A DNA stretch of 64,000 nt, taken from assembly GCA_947581925.1 (NCBI GenBank), contig CANPWB010000005.1:6128-70127 (forward strand), read 5' to 3'. This DNA comes from an uncultured Clostridia bacterium (GTDB lineage: Bacteria; Bacillota; Clostridia; Christensenellales; CAG-917). Within the stretch, counting starts at the first letter, position 1. Each line of letters starts with the position of its first letter. The notes beneath the pieces are model-generated. The model did no database searches, was not told the origin of the DNA, and saw only the letters and a program-made list of their open reading frames with translations. Positions 56,281-64,000 of the stretch are shown here, one piece after another. The position numbers and the translations under genes are program-made.

Positions 56281-56949
56281 ATGACAAAAAGCAATGACAA
56301 AACGCTAGTTTTGATTACGGGCACGTCGTCCGGGATAGGACTTGCGACGGCGAAAAAGTTTTTGGATATGGGCTTTGCCGTCGTCGGCATCGACCTCAAA
56401 GCCTCGGCTATTTCGCATGCGAATTACACTCACTATGTCGCGGATGTTTCAAAACCCGAGACATTGCCCGTCGTCGAGGGAGTGAATATCCTCGTCAACA
56501 ACGCGGGCGTGCAAAACGCGAACGATATCGACGTGAATTTGCGTGGCACGATAAACGTCACAGAGAAGTACGCCTTTCAGCCCGCAATACGCGCCATCGT
56601 CAACGTAGCGTCCGCAAGCGCGCATACGGGGGCGGAATTTGCGGAGTACTCCGCGTCGAAGGGCGGGGTGCTCGCCTACACAAAGCACGTCGCGCTCAAT
56701 GTTGCAAAGTACAGCGCGACCTGCAATAGCGTCTCCCCGGGCGGGGTCTTGACTGAGCTCAACAAACCCGTCATAGGGGCCGAGGACAAGTGGGCGCGGA
56801 TAATGGCGCTCACGCCCCTCAAAAAGTGGGCGACCGCGGACGAGATCGCCGAGTGGATATATTTTATCGCCGCCGTCAACAAGTCCATGACCGGGCAGGA
56901 CATCCTCATCGACAACGGCGAATCCTCCGACGCCCACTTTGTCTGGTAA
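56281..56949 (+). CDS. SDR-family oxidoreductase
   Basis: 222 aa with TGTSSGIG, NNAG and YSASK motifs. Confidence 0.8.
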   Translation: MTKSNDKTLVLITGTSSGIGLATAKKFLDMGFAVVGIDLKASAISHANYTHYVADVSKPETLPVVEGVNILVNNAGVQNANDIDVNLRGTINVTEKYAFQPAIRAIVNVASASAHTGAEFAEYSASKGGVLAYTKHVALNVAKYSATCNSVSPGGVLTELNKPVIGAEDKWARIMALTPLKKWATADEIAEWIYFIAAVNKSMTGQDILIDNGESSDAHFVW

Positions 56950-56977
56950 AGCCCGGCATGTTGAAAAATATTTTTAT

Positions 56978-57008
56978 GCGGACGAAAGATTGCTTTTGTC
57001 CGCTTTTG
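56978..57008. terminator. Hairpin between the convergent SDR and lepB genes
   Basis: GCGGAC-14 nt-GTCCGC followed by TTTTGC. Confidence 0.65.
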
Positions 57009-57143
57009 CTTTAATTTTAATATAAAAAGTTGCAAAAACCGCCTTTGACAAATTTTATTATATTCGCGACGACTTTTTATTCATATTTTATAATGAGAAA
57101 TTTTGAAGTTTTAAATTTTTATTTTTGCTTAAGATAAATTCGA

Positions 57144-57770
57144 TCACGGGGTGCGGAGTTTGCCGTCTATGCCTTTTATCAAGAAGCATTTGCCTTCGAC
57201 TTTGCTCAAGGGGATAGGGCCGCCGACTCGACTGTCCAACGAATTGTTGCGGTTGTCGCCCATACAGAATATCTCGCTGTCGCCGAGCGTCCATGTGCCG
57301 TCTATGGCGTCCATAAAGCCGTTGATATACGGCTCGTCAAGCGGCTCGCCGTTGAGGTAGACCTTATTATCGCGCACTTCCACTGTGTCGCCCGCGACGC
57401 CTATGACGCGTTTGACGATGGAGCGGCGATCGCCGTTCTTATCCTTCAAAAACTCCCAATCGGGAGTGCACACAATGATATCGCCGCGCTTTATTTTTGC
57501 GAGTTTGTTGAGGTATAATATCTCGCCGTTGGCGAGATCGTTGTCGTCCTGCGCCCCTGCTCCGCCGTCGAGGGTGGGCCACATGGACGTGCCTTGCACT
57601 ACGAAAGTGGATATGACGTAAATTTTTACGACGAGCGCGCTTGTGACTGCCAAAACCACAACCAACAACAAAATAATCACCGTGACGATGACCTTCTTTT
57701 TGCGCGATGAGGGAGTGGACATATCCATAAGCTCCGAGTTTTCGATGTCGTAAGGATCGGACATATTCAA
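57144..57770 (-). CDS. lepB: Signal peptidase I
   Basis: 208 aa with an N-terminal TM, the catalytic Ser box GTSMWPTL and GDNRNNSLDSR. Confidence 0.88.
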   Translation of the reverse strand: MNMSDPYDIENSELMDMSTPSSRKKKVIVTVIILLLVVVLAVTSALVVKIYVISTFVVQGTSMWPTLDGGAGAQDDNDLANGEILYLNKLAKIKRGDIIVCTPDWEFLKDKNGDRRSIVKRVIGVAGDTVEVRDNKVYLNGEPLDEPYINGFMDAIDGTWTLGDSEIFCMGDNRNNSLDSRVGGPIPLSKVEGKCFLIKGIDGKLRTP

Positions 57771-57791
57771 ATTATATGGCGCATTTTGTCG

Positions 57792-59441
57792 CTATATCCA
57801 CAAAAAGTTGTTGAATATCAGCCCTTTTGCGTCCCAGAGCGAGATGACTTTTGCGCCTGCGAATTTTGTGAGCGTACGCCCCTCTTCGGACTTGAAATCC
57901 GTAGCGGAGACGAACACTTTTTGCCAAAAATCGCCGCCAATGAGCTTTGTCCTCGCTATGTAACATTTTTCGTCGGGGACGGTATAAACCCTTATCTCGA
58001 GGTCGCCTTCCGCGGGCGAATATACGTCGAAGTGCAACGCGGACGTACGCGCGAAAGCGTTGAGCTCCCGCTCGCTGCGGCACAGCAAGAGCGAGCCGTC
58101 CGAGACGCTTACGCCGTCTATGCCGAAGGGACCCTTTTTCTTGCTTAAAAGCCCGCTCTCGAGCAAGGCGTCCTCCGTCTTGACGGAGAAGATGTCGATG
58201 TCCATGCTGTTGTCGAAGATGATACGCGAGCACTCGTTGCCCGCCTCCACATTCGCCGCGCCGAGCTTTTGCGGTATCGCGCCTATCACGGGAGTGGAGC
58301 AGGCGTCCTCGTCGTCATATGACACGCTTGCATACGCGACGGTGAGGGACGCGGGATCGTATACAGGCACGTGCACGCTGTATTCGTGTGCGCCGACTTG
58401 TTGCAATCCCTCGAGTTTTGTCCAATTTCTCGCAAAAACATACGCCTCGCCATAGCTTGAGTACACCTGCACGGAATTTGCCGCCTTTTCCGTATCCAGC
58501 CTCAGATACAGCTCCCCGTCGGCGCACTCGAAAGCCATTGTAGGGATAGTAGCCGTCTGTATGCCCGCGAAGGCGTTTCTCAGCCATCCCAACATTGCTC
58601 TGAGTCCCTTCTTTGTGATCTGCATATCTACGCTGCGCATTATTAGGAGTTTTTTGTTGTCGGATCTGACAAAACTCAATATATCGCCCGCGCGGTCCAC
58701 GTCGCAAAACTGAGACATTCTCGTCGTGAGGTAAAACGTGGGGCAGGTCACAAATTTCGCGTACGTTTCCGCCCCGACGCCCGTAGAGTAGGCGATCTCC
58801 TCTTCCGTTTCGGGCACGTTGCCATGCGTGAAGCGCGGCTTATCCTTTGCCCAGCGGTAGCCTCCGCCGCATATGGGGATGAGCGCCTTGACGCGCTTGT
58901 CCATAGCCGCCACCTGCCACGATATGTGTCCGCCGACGCCCAAACCTATTATCGCGATACGCTCTTTGTCCACGAGGGGCAGCGACGCGAGCAGGGTCAT
59001 AGCGCGGCGCACCACTTTGCACCATACGTACCACGGCGAACGCCTTGCCGAACCGTCCAAAACGTCGAGATACTGCCTGCACCCGTCGTTTGTGGCAAAT
59101 AAGAGCGAGGATGGGATTTCCGTGCCGTCCTTGCCGGAGTAGTCGGGGACGCCGACCACATATCCCTCCTTTAACAGCGTATTGATAAGCGTATCGAACG
59201 GGATATCGTCCAAAGTGGGCAGCAAGATGACCGCGCTGCGGGCGTCTTGCCATCTCTTGTCATAGTATACCGAGACGCGAGCCTTGAAATGCGTCTGCTC
59301 CGAGTAGTCTACGTCAAAAGCGTACGCGGCGTGTACCGTGTTCAAGCTCTCGCTAGACGAGACCGTTGATATCTCTAAAGGCGCAAGCGATGGGTTGTAA
59401 TCCTCCCAGACCTCGCTGGGGGTCATAAATTTGAGTTCCAT
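57792..59441 (-). CDS. Alpha/beta-hydrolase-fold protein with C-terminal beta-rich domain; the nucleophile elbow lacks Ser
   Basis: 549 aa. The N-terminal half resembles AXE1/dienelactone-hydrolase-type proteins, but the elbow reads GLGVGG (58929-58946) instead of GxSxG. Confidence 0.5.
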   Translation of the reverse strand: MELKFMTPSEVWEDYNPSLAPLEISTVSSSESLNTVHAAYAFDVDYSEQTHFKARVSVYYDKRWQDARSAVILLPTLDDIPFDTLINTLLKEGYVVGVPDYSGKDGTEIPSSLLFATNDGCRQYLDVLDGSARRSPWYVWCKVVRRAMTLLASLPLVDKERIAIIGLGVGGHISWQVAAMDKRVKALIPICGGGYRWAKDKPRFTHGNVPETEEEIAYSTGVGAETYAKFVTCPTFYLTTRMSQFCDVDRAGDILSFVRSDNKKLLIMRSVDMQITKKGLRAMLGWLRNAFAGIQTATIPTMAFECADGELYLRLDTEKAANSVQVYSSYGEAYVFARNWTKLEGLQQVGAHEYSVHVPVYDPASLTVAYASVSYDDEDACSTPVIGAIPQKLGAANVEAGNECSRIIFDNSMDIDIFSVKTEDALLESGLLSKKKGPFGIDGVSVSDGSLLLCRSERELNAFARTSALHFDVYSPAEGDLEIRVYTVPDEKCYIARTKLIGGDFWQKVFVSATDFKSEEGRTLTKFAGAKVISLWDAKGLIFNNFLWI

Positions 59442-59799
59442 ATCTGCTATTATATCTCAAAACTTTTGTAAAGTAAAGATATAAAAGCGCGTATGCCGCG
59501 GCATTTTGCCTCGCGGGGGAGTATTGCTCGCCTTTCTCCTCCGCGGTTTCAGAGAATGAGGGCGCGTATATTTCGCCTTGCTCCTCCTCTTTGGGAGGAG
59601 CGGTTTCGACGTCCGAAACGTCATTTTTGTGTAAACGTAGTGAGTTTTGCGCCTCCTCGTCGCTTTTTTCGCCGTATGTATCTGTCATGCAAGCGGTGAT
59701 CGCGCCCGTCATAGCCCGCGCTCTCACGCCAATGTCCAAATTTTCGAATTCCTGCCGCATGATATCCATCGTCCCCTCGTCGGGCAATAAAAGATCCAT
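59353..59799 (-). CDS. Doubtful hypothetical acidic protein
   Basis: 148-aa ORF whose last ~30 codons overlap the start of the 57792-59441 gene. No recognisable motif. Listed only because no other ORF covers 59.45-59.8 kb. Confidence 0.25.
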   Translation of the reverse strand: MDLLLPDEGTMDIMRQEFENLDIGVRARAMTGAITACMTDTYGEKSDEEAQNSLRLHKNDVSDVETAPPKEEEQGEIYAPSFSETAEEKGEQYSPARQNAAAYALLYLYFTKVLRYNSRYGTQIYDPQRGLGGLQPIACAFRDINGLV

Positions 59800-59955
59800 A
59801 TGTCCCTCCTGACAAATCTCCTGCCGTATTTTATGTATCGCGCCCCTTTAAAGTGAAAGGGATATATTTACTCACGAAAAACTCAATAATTCAATAAAAT
59901 TTTGCGTTGAGGATTTTCAAAAAATTTCACGATTGAATTTTTGGTCGCATATCGC

Positions 59956-59984
59956 TTGACAGAGGACGGTATTTTTTTTATAAT
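59956..59984 (+). promoter_or_regulatory. rpmH operon promoter (TTGACA-17-TATAAT)
   Basis: -35 at 59956-59961, a 17-nt spacer, -10 at 59979-59984. Confidence 0.7.
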
Positions 59985-60079
59985 ATCTAAGCAATTTTAT
60001 ATCTTAATAGTTTTAAACAATTAAGAATAAATAGCGAAAAACAGCCAAAACAAGTCTTTAAGACGGAGGAAATAATATC

Positions 60080-60214
60080 ATGAAGCAAACTTACCAACCC
60101 AAAAAGAGACAGAGAAGCAAGGTGCACGGATTCCGCAAGAGAATGAGCACAAAGTCCGGCAGAAACGTTTTGAAGCGTCGTCGCAATCGCGGCCGCAAGC
60201 AATTGACGGCGTAA
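60080..60214 (+). CDS. rpmH: Ribosomal protein L34
   Basis: Too short for the ORF track. My translation is [44 protein letters not shown], with a GGAGG RBS upstream. Confidence 0.93.
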   Translation: MKQTYQPKKRQRSKVHGFRKRMSTKSGRNVLKRRRNRGRKQLTA

Positions 60215-60216
60215 GC

Positions 60217-60552
60217 ATGAAGAGACAACTTCGGCTCAAGCGGCGGGCGAGTTTCGCGTATGTGTTTCGCAAGGGCGAAAGGACGGGGGCTCCCGACCTG
60301 ACGCTTTTGAGCGCCCGCTCGCGCGAAGGGCTGAAGATAGGTCTGTCCGTATCCAAGAAAGTGGGCGGCGCCGTCGTGCGCAATCGCGTGAAGCGGCTTT
60401 TGCGCGAGGCGATACGTCCGCTTGAAAACAGCATTTTTAAGGGCTGTATGTACGTCATCGTGGCGCATCCGTCGCTTGCGGGCAAGCCGTACGATGAGGT
60501 ATGCAAGCAGGTGAGGCTCGTATTCGAGCGCGCGGGGAGGTTGACATGCTGA
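60217..60552 (+). CDS. rnpA: RNase P protein component
   Basis: 111 aa, basic, with KKVGGAVVRNRVKRLLREA. It starts 2 nt after the rpmH stop. Confidence 0.88.
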   Translation: MKRQLRLKRRASFAYVFRKGERTGAPDLTLLSARSREGLKIGLSVSKKVGGAVVRNRVKRLLREAIRPLENSIFKGCMYVIVAHPSLAGKPYDEVCKQVRLVFERAGRLTC

Positions 60553-60791
60553 AAAAGATATGTCACGCCATGCTCAATTGGTACAAGAGGACGCTCTCTC
60601 CCATACTCGGCAGGCACTGCGCGTACACCCCGACGTGTTCCATGTACAGCTATGACGCCATAGAAAAGTACGGCGCGATCGTCGGCATATTTTTGACGGC
60701 GGGCAGGCTTTTGAGATGCAATCCCTTCTCGAAGGGAGGTTTCGATCCCGTGAGGGAAAATTATAGAGGACGTATCAAATGGTTGATTTGA
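60546..60791 (+). CDS. yidD: Membrane protein insertion efficiency factor YidD
   Basis: The conserved start MLKKICHAMLNWYKRTLSP..YTPTCSMYSYDAIEKYG is at ATG 60546, overlapping the rnpA stop. Confidence 0.85.
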   Translation: MLKKICHAMLNWYKRTLSPILGRHCAYTPTCSMYSYDAIEKYGAIVGIFLTAGRLLRCNPFSKGGFDPVRENYRGRIKWLI

Positions 60792-62023
60792 GTTTTATGC
60801 GCAGGCGTAAGTTGCAGATATATCTGCTTGCGTTGCTCATCGCTTTATGTTGCCTTATGCTCGTCGCATGCAACACCGACATATCCTACAGCGTTACGGG
60901 CGAGACTGTCTCGGAACCTACGCATTTTATGGCGAAGTTTATGCTCACGCTCAACAACGCCATCGAGGGAGGCAAGGGAAGTTTCGGATGGACGGTCGTG
61001 GTTTTCACCATAATTTTGCGTCTCATTCTTTCTCCTCTCGACATTTGGCAGAAGGTCATAGCGCGCAAAAACAGCAAAGCTATGGAGCGTATGCGTCCTC
61101 AGCTCGAATCCCTTCAGGCGAAGTACGGCGAGGACAAACAACGTCTGCAGCAGGAGCAGATGGCGCTCTACAAAAAGGAAAAATATTCCACTATGGGCAT
61201 GTGTTTGCCAACGATAATCACTATGGTGGTTTTCTTCGTCGTGTTTGCGGGTTTCAGACAGATGGTCGGCTATCAGTTTGCGAAGGACTACCGCGCCAGC
61301 CTCAACACTTTCAACGAGTCCATTCAGTCGCAGATAGACGAAAATAAAGAGACTTTGGGCTTTGAGGACGTCGACGGCAACGGCGTTGTGGACGTCTATG
61401 ACATACCCAACACTTCTCAAGGAGTAGGTTTCCTTGCGGACGCTCTCGACAAGGCGCAGACGGACGTGCTCGACACCTACAATTCGGACGAGCAAAAGGG
61501 TATGCGCAAGTGGCTTTGGATACACAATATATTCGTGGGCGACAACTGGTCCAAAGCGGTGCCCGATTTTGTCACAGTCACGGGTCAGAAGGGCTGGGCG
61601 ACGTCGAGGCTCACGGGCATAACCAAGGACGAGTACGAGCGCGTCATGGCAAAGGTGCTCAACAACAAGGACGCGGGCGGCTACGGCAAAAACGGCAGCT
61701 GGAACGGGCTTTTGATACTCCCCGTACTGTCCATTGTGCTGAGTTTCCTTTCCACAAAGCTGCTCAGCGGCTCTCAAGGACAGCCTCCCACCCCTCCCGC
61801 GGGGGAAGCGGGCGCGGCGCAAGGGCAGTCCATGAAGGCGATGCAGTGGGTCATGCCGGTGATGATGGGCGTTTTTGGCTTGCTGTATTCGGGCGCGTTT
61901 GCGCTGTACATGTTTACAAGCTCGCTCACGGCAATACTTTTCTCGCTGATTTTCAACATCATAGGCAAACTCATAGACAAGTCAAGATCAAAAGGAGCCA
62001 ATCCCAATATCGCTGTCAGATGA
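60779..62023 (+). CDS. yidC: YidC/Oxa1-family membrane insertase (lipoprotein type)
   Basis: 414 aa with the lipobox CLMLVAC, conserved TM core and a basic C-terminus. Confidence 0.88.
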   Translation: MVDLSFMRRRKLQIYLLALLIALCCLMLVACNTDISYSVTGETVSEPTHFMAKFMLTLNNAIEGGKGSFGWTVVVFTIILRLILSPLDIWQKVIARKNSKAMERMRPQLESLQAKYGEDKQRLQQEQMALYKKEKYSTMGMCLPTIITMVVFFVVFAGFRQMVGYQFAKDYRASLNTFNESIQSQIDENKETLGFEDVDGNGVVDVYDIPNTSQGVGFLADALDKAQTDVLDTYNSDEQKGMRKWLWIHNIFVGDNWSKAVPDFVTVTGQKGWATSRLTGITKDEYERVMAKVLNNKDAGGYGKNGSWNGLLILPVLSIVLSFLSTKLLSGSQGQPPTPPAGEAGAAQGQSMKAMQWVMPVMMGVFGLLYSGAFALYMFTSSLTAILFSLIFNIIGKLIDKSRSKGANPNIAVR

Positions 62024-62043
62024 CGGCAGATCAGGAGTCATAA

Positions 62044-62901
62044 ATGGAAAAATATATCGAAACTCAAGCTACAAGCGTGGATCTAGCCATAGAGAAAGCG
62101 CTTTTGGAGCTGGGCGCAACCAAGGAGCAGGTAGAGATAGAGGTGCTCTCAAAGGGCGGATTGTTCTCAAAGGCGTCCGTCAGAGTGACGCTCAAGGAGT
62201 CGCTTGCGGACAAACTTGCGGAGTTCATCAACGGCACGCTCGCGCGTATGGGGCTTGCCTCGCGCGCGACGGCGAAGGACGAGGGCGGCACTATATATGT
62301 GGAGATCGAGGGCGAGGACAGCAGCGTAGCGATAGGCTACCGCGGCGAAGTGCTTGACGCCTTCCAGTATCTTGCGCTCACTTTCTTGAACGAGCATAAG
62401 GGCGATTTCAAAAAAGTCGTCATAGATTGCGAGGGCTACCGCGACAAGCGCAAGGAGACGCTCACCGCGCTCGCGCTCCGTCTTGCGGACAAGGCGTACA
62501 GGTTGAGGCGCAAAATAGCGCTCGAGCCCATGAATCCCTTCGAGAGGCGCATTATCCACAGCGCGCTTGCGGACAGCGCCATAGCTCAGACCGAGAGCGA
62601 AGGCGAGGAGCCCAATAGGTATGTCGTCATCACGCCCGTAGGCGTGGAGCTCAAGGACAGCCGTCCTATCAAGAACGGCGAGCATGAGCACGACCGTCGC
62701 GACAGGGAGCGCAAGGACGGCCGCCGCGGCCTAAGAGGAAGGGGCGAGAAGCGCGAGCGCAAGCCCCGCCGCGAGGAAGAGGAAGCTCCCGACGGCAAGG
62801 TGTACAGAGGATATCTCACGGGAGAGGACGACTTTGTCAAGCCCGCTCCCACGCAAGGTCCCCCCAAATACAAGAGTTTCGGAGGCAAAAAGAGGTTCTG
62901 A
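62044..62901 (+). CDS. jag: Jag/KhpB RNA-binding protein (KH + R3H) with an Arg/Glu-rich tail
   Basis: 285 aa with the R3H motif (NPFERRIIHSAL) and a C-terminal ~75-aa RDRERKDGRRG..KRERKPRREEEE extension. Confidence 0.85.
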   Translation: MEKYIETQATSVDLAIEKALLELGATKEQVEIEVLSKGGLFSKASVRVTLKESLADKLAEFINGTLARMGLASRATAKDEGGTIYVEIEGEDSSVAIGYRGEVLDAFQYLALTFLNEHKGDFKKVVIDCEGYRDKRKETLTALALRLADKAYRLRRKIALEPMNPFERRIIHSALADSAIAQTESEGEEPNRYVVITPVGVELKDSRPIKNGEHEHDRRDRERKDGRRGLRGRGEKRERKPRREEEEAPDGKVYRGYLTGEDDFVKPAPTQGPPKYKSFGGKKRF

Positions 62902-62903
62902 AA

Positions 62904-64000
62904 ATGAGCACGATTGCGGCTATCTCGTCACCGATCGGAGTGGGTGGTATCGGCATAGTGCGCGTCTCGGGCGACGAGGCGCTGCGCATTGCGGATGCCA
63001 TTTTTGATTTTGAGCGAAAGATGGAGTGGCAGCCCCTGCATATGCATTTCGGCACCTTTGTCGCGCGCGATTTTTGCGACAGGGGCTACGCCGTATATTT
63101 TCCCGCAAAACAGGCGTACACGGGCGAGGACACCGTGGAGTTTTATTTGCACGGCGGCGTACGTATTATGCAGGGCGCGCTTGAGACCATACTCTCAAAA
63201 GGAGCCGTGCTTGCGGGCAAGGGCGAGTTCACAAAGCGCGCGTTTCTTGCGGGCAGGATGTCGCTTGCGGACGCCGAAGGCGTTATGGACATGATAAGCG
63301 CCTCGAGCGCGGCGGGCATACGCGCGGCATACGCGCTCATGGAGGGCGAGGTTTCGCGGCGCATAGACGCGCTGCTCGAGAGCCTTGGCGCTCTCATAGC
63401 GGGGCTGGAGGCGACCCTCGATTATCCCGACGAGATGGAGGACGAGGTGCTGCCCTCTCTCCCCGACGGCATAAGAGCGGCGCTTGAGGAGACGGAGGCG
63501 CTATTGTCCACCGCGAGGCAGGGCAAGATTGCAAAATACGGCGTTACTTGCGCGCTTGTGGGCGCGCCGAACGTGGGCAAGTCCTCGCTCATGAACGCCA
63601 TGCTAGGGCTGAAAAGGGCGATAGTCGCGGATGTTGCGGGCACCACGCGCGATACCGTTGAGGCGAGCCTCGAACATAACGGCGTGCGCATAAACCTCAT
63701 AGACACCGCGGGCATACGCGAGAGCGCAACTGACGGCATAGAGCAAGAGGGCATAGAGCGCGCAAGGCGGGCGGCGGATGAGGCGGACGTCGTCTTGCAT
63801 GTCATAGACCGCGGCAGCGAGACGGACGACGGCATAGAGTTCGGCTTTAAAAAAGTGTTCAGCGTATACAACAAGTGCGACGTTTACGGGTTTAATATAC
63901 CGCGCATAATGTACGCCTACGGCGTGAGCGCGACGACGGGCGAGGGGGTCAAAGACCTGCTTGACGGCATAGCCTCTCTCTACAAGACAGAGGGCGGCGA
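62904..64000 (+). CDS. mnmE: tRNA modification GTPase MnmE (C-terminus beyond the window)
   Basis: Not in the ORF track because there is no stop in the window. My translation is MSTIAAISSPIGVGGIGIVRVSGDEA..EFYLHGG..GAPNVGKSSLMNA..DTAGIRE. Confidence 0.9.
   Translation, partial: MSTIAAISSPIGVGGIGIVRVSGDEALRIADAIFDFERKMEWQPLHMHFGTFVARDFCDRGYAVYFPAKQAYTGEDTVEFYLHGGVRIMQGALETILSKGAVLAGKGEFTKRAFLAGRMSLADAEGVMDMISASSAAGIRAAYALMEGEVSRRIDALLESLGALIAGLEATLDYPDEMEDEVLPSLPDGIRAALEETEALLSTARQGKIAKYGVTCALVGAPNVGKSSLMNAMLGLKRAIVADVAGTTRDTVEASLEHNGVRINLIDTAGIRESATDGIEQEGIERARRAADEADVVLHVIDRGSETDDGIEFGFKKVFSVYNKCDVYGFNIPRIMYAYGVSATTGEGVKDLLDGIASLYKTEGG

Noticed and set aside
59800-60079. Replication origin (DnaA-box cluster) upstream of rpmH.
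   Set aside because: I saw no TTATCCACA/TGTGGATAA-like boxes in the spacer. The only near match (ATATCCACA, ~57795) lies inside a coding region.

Overview
This is a chromosomal segment of a Firmicutes/Clostridia-type bacterium. I infer that from synteny: tmk-holB-ricT, comF-secA-prfB and rpmH-rnpA-yidD-yidC-jag-mnmE. My hand GC counts on single 60-nt lines of core genes gave 52-60%. I call about 52 protein genes, mostly housekeeping. They include five aminoacyl-tRNA synthetases (leuS, serS, cysS, asnS, aspS) plus asnA, ftsH and ispDF. They also include rpoB-rpoC with metK overlapping the rpoC stop, recD2-comF-secA-prfB, tsaD, a YhhQ-type transporter and lepB. I recognised no rRNA, tRNA, CRISPR, transposase, integrase or phage genes. 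Three things stand out. (1) Five intergenic tracts (0.5-1.0, 9.1-10.1, 13.9-14.9, 21.8-22.5 and 27.9-28.0 kb) are assembled from the same shuffled set of structured repeat modules. These modules are a terminator-bearing module, a CCCCA..TGGGG hairpin, an approximately 70-nt palindromic element and a GC palindrome. (2) A 5.3-kb accessory island (29.8-35.1 kb) holds small co-oriented cassette-like genes whose junctions carry a conserved ~19-nt motif. It ends in a DUF4160/DUF2442-HTH two-gene module bracketed by ~117-nt direct repeats that duplicate the ispDF terminator. (3) An in-frame, mostly synonymously diverged tandem copy of the last 35 codons of aspS sits directly after its stop codon. Smaller items are a candidate preQ1-type pseudoknot before the YhhQ gene, a shared GCAAAA-repeat motif before serS and aspS, a 1294-aa SecA, and split or degenerate M28 peptidase paralogues. 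All functional calls rest on my own recognition of motifs in the supplied translations. No database search or computation beyond hand counting was possible.
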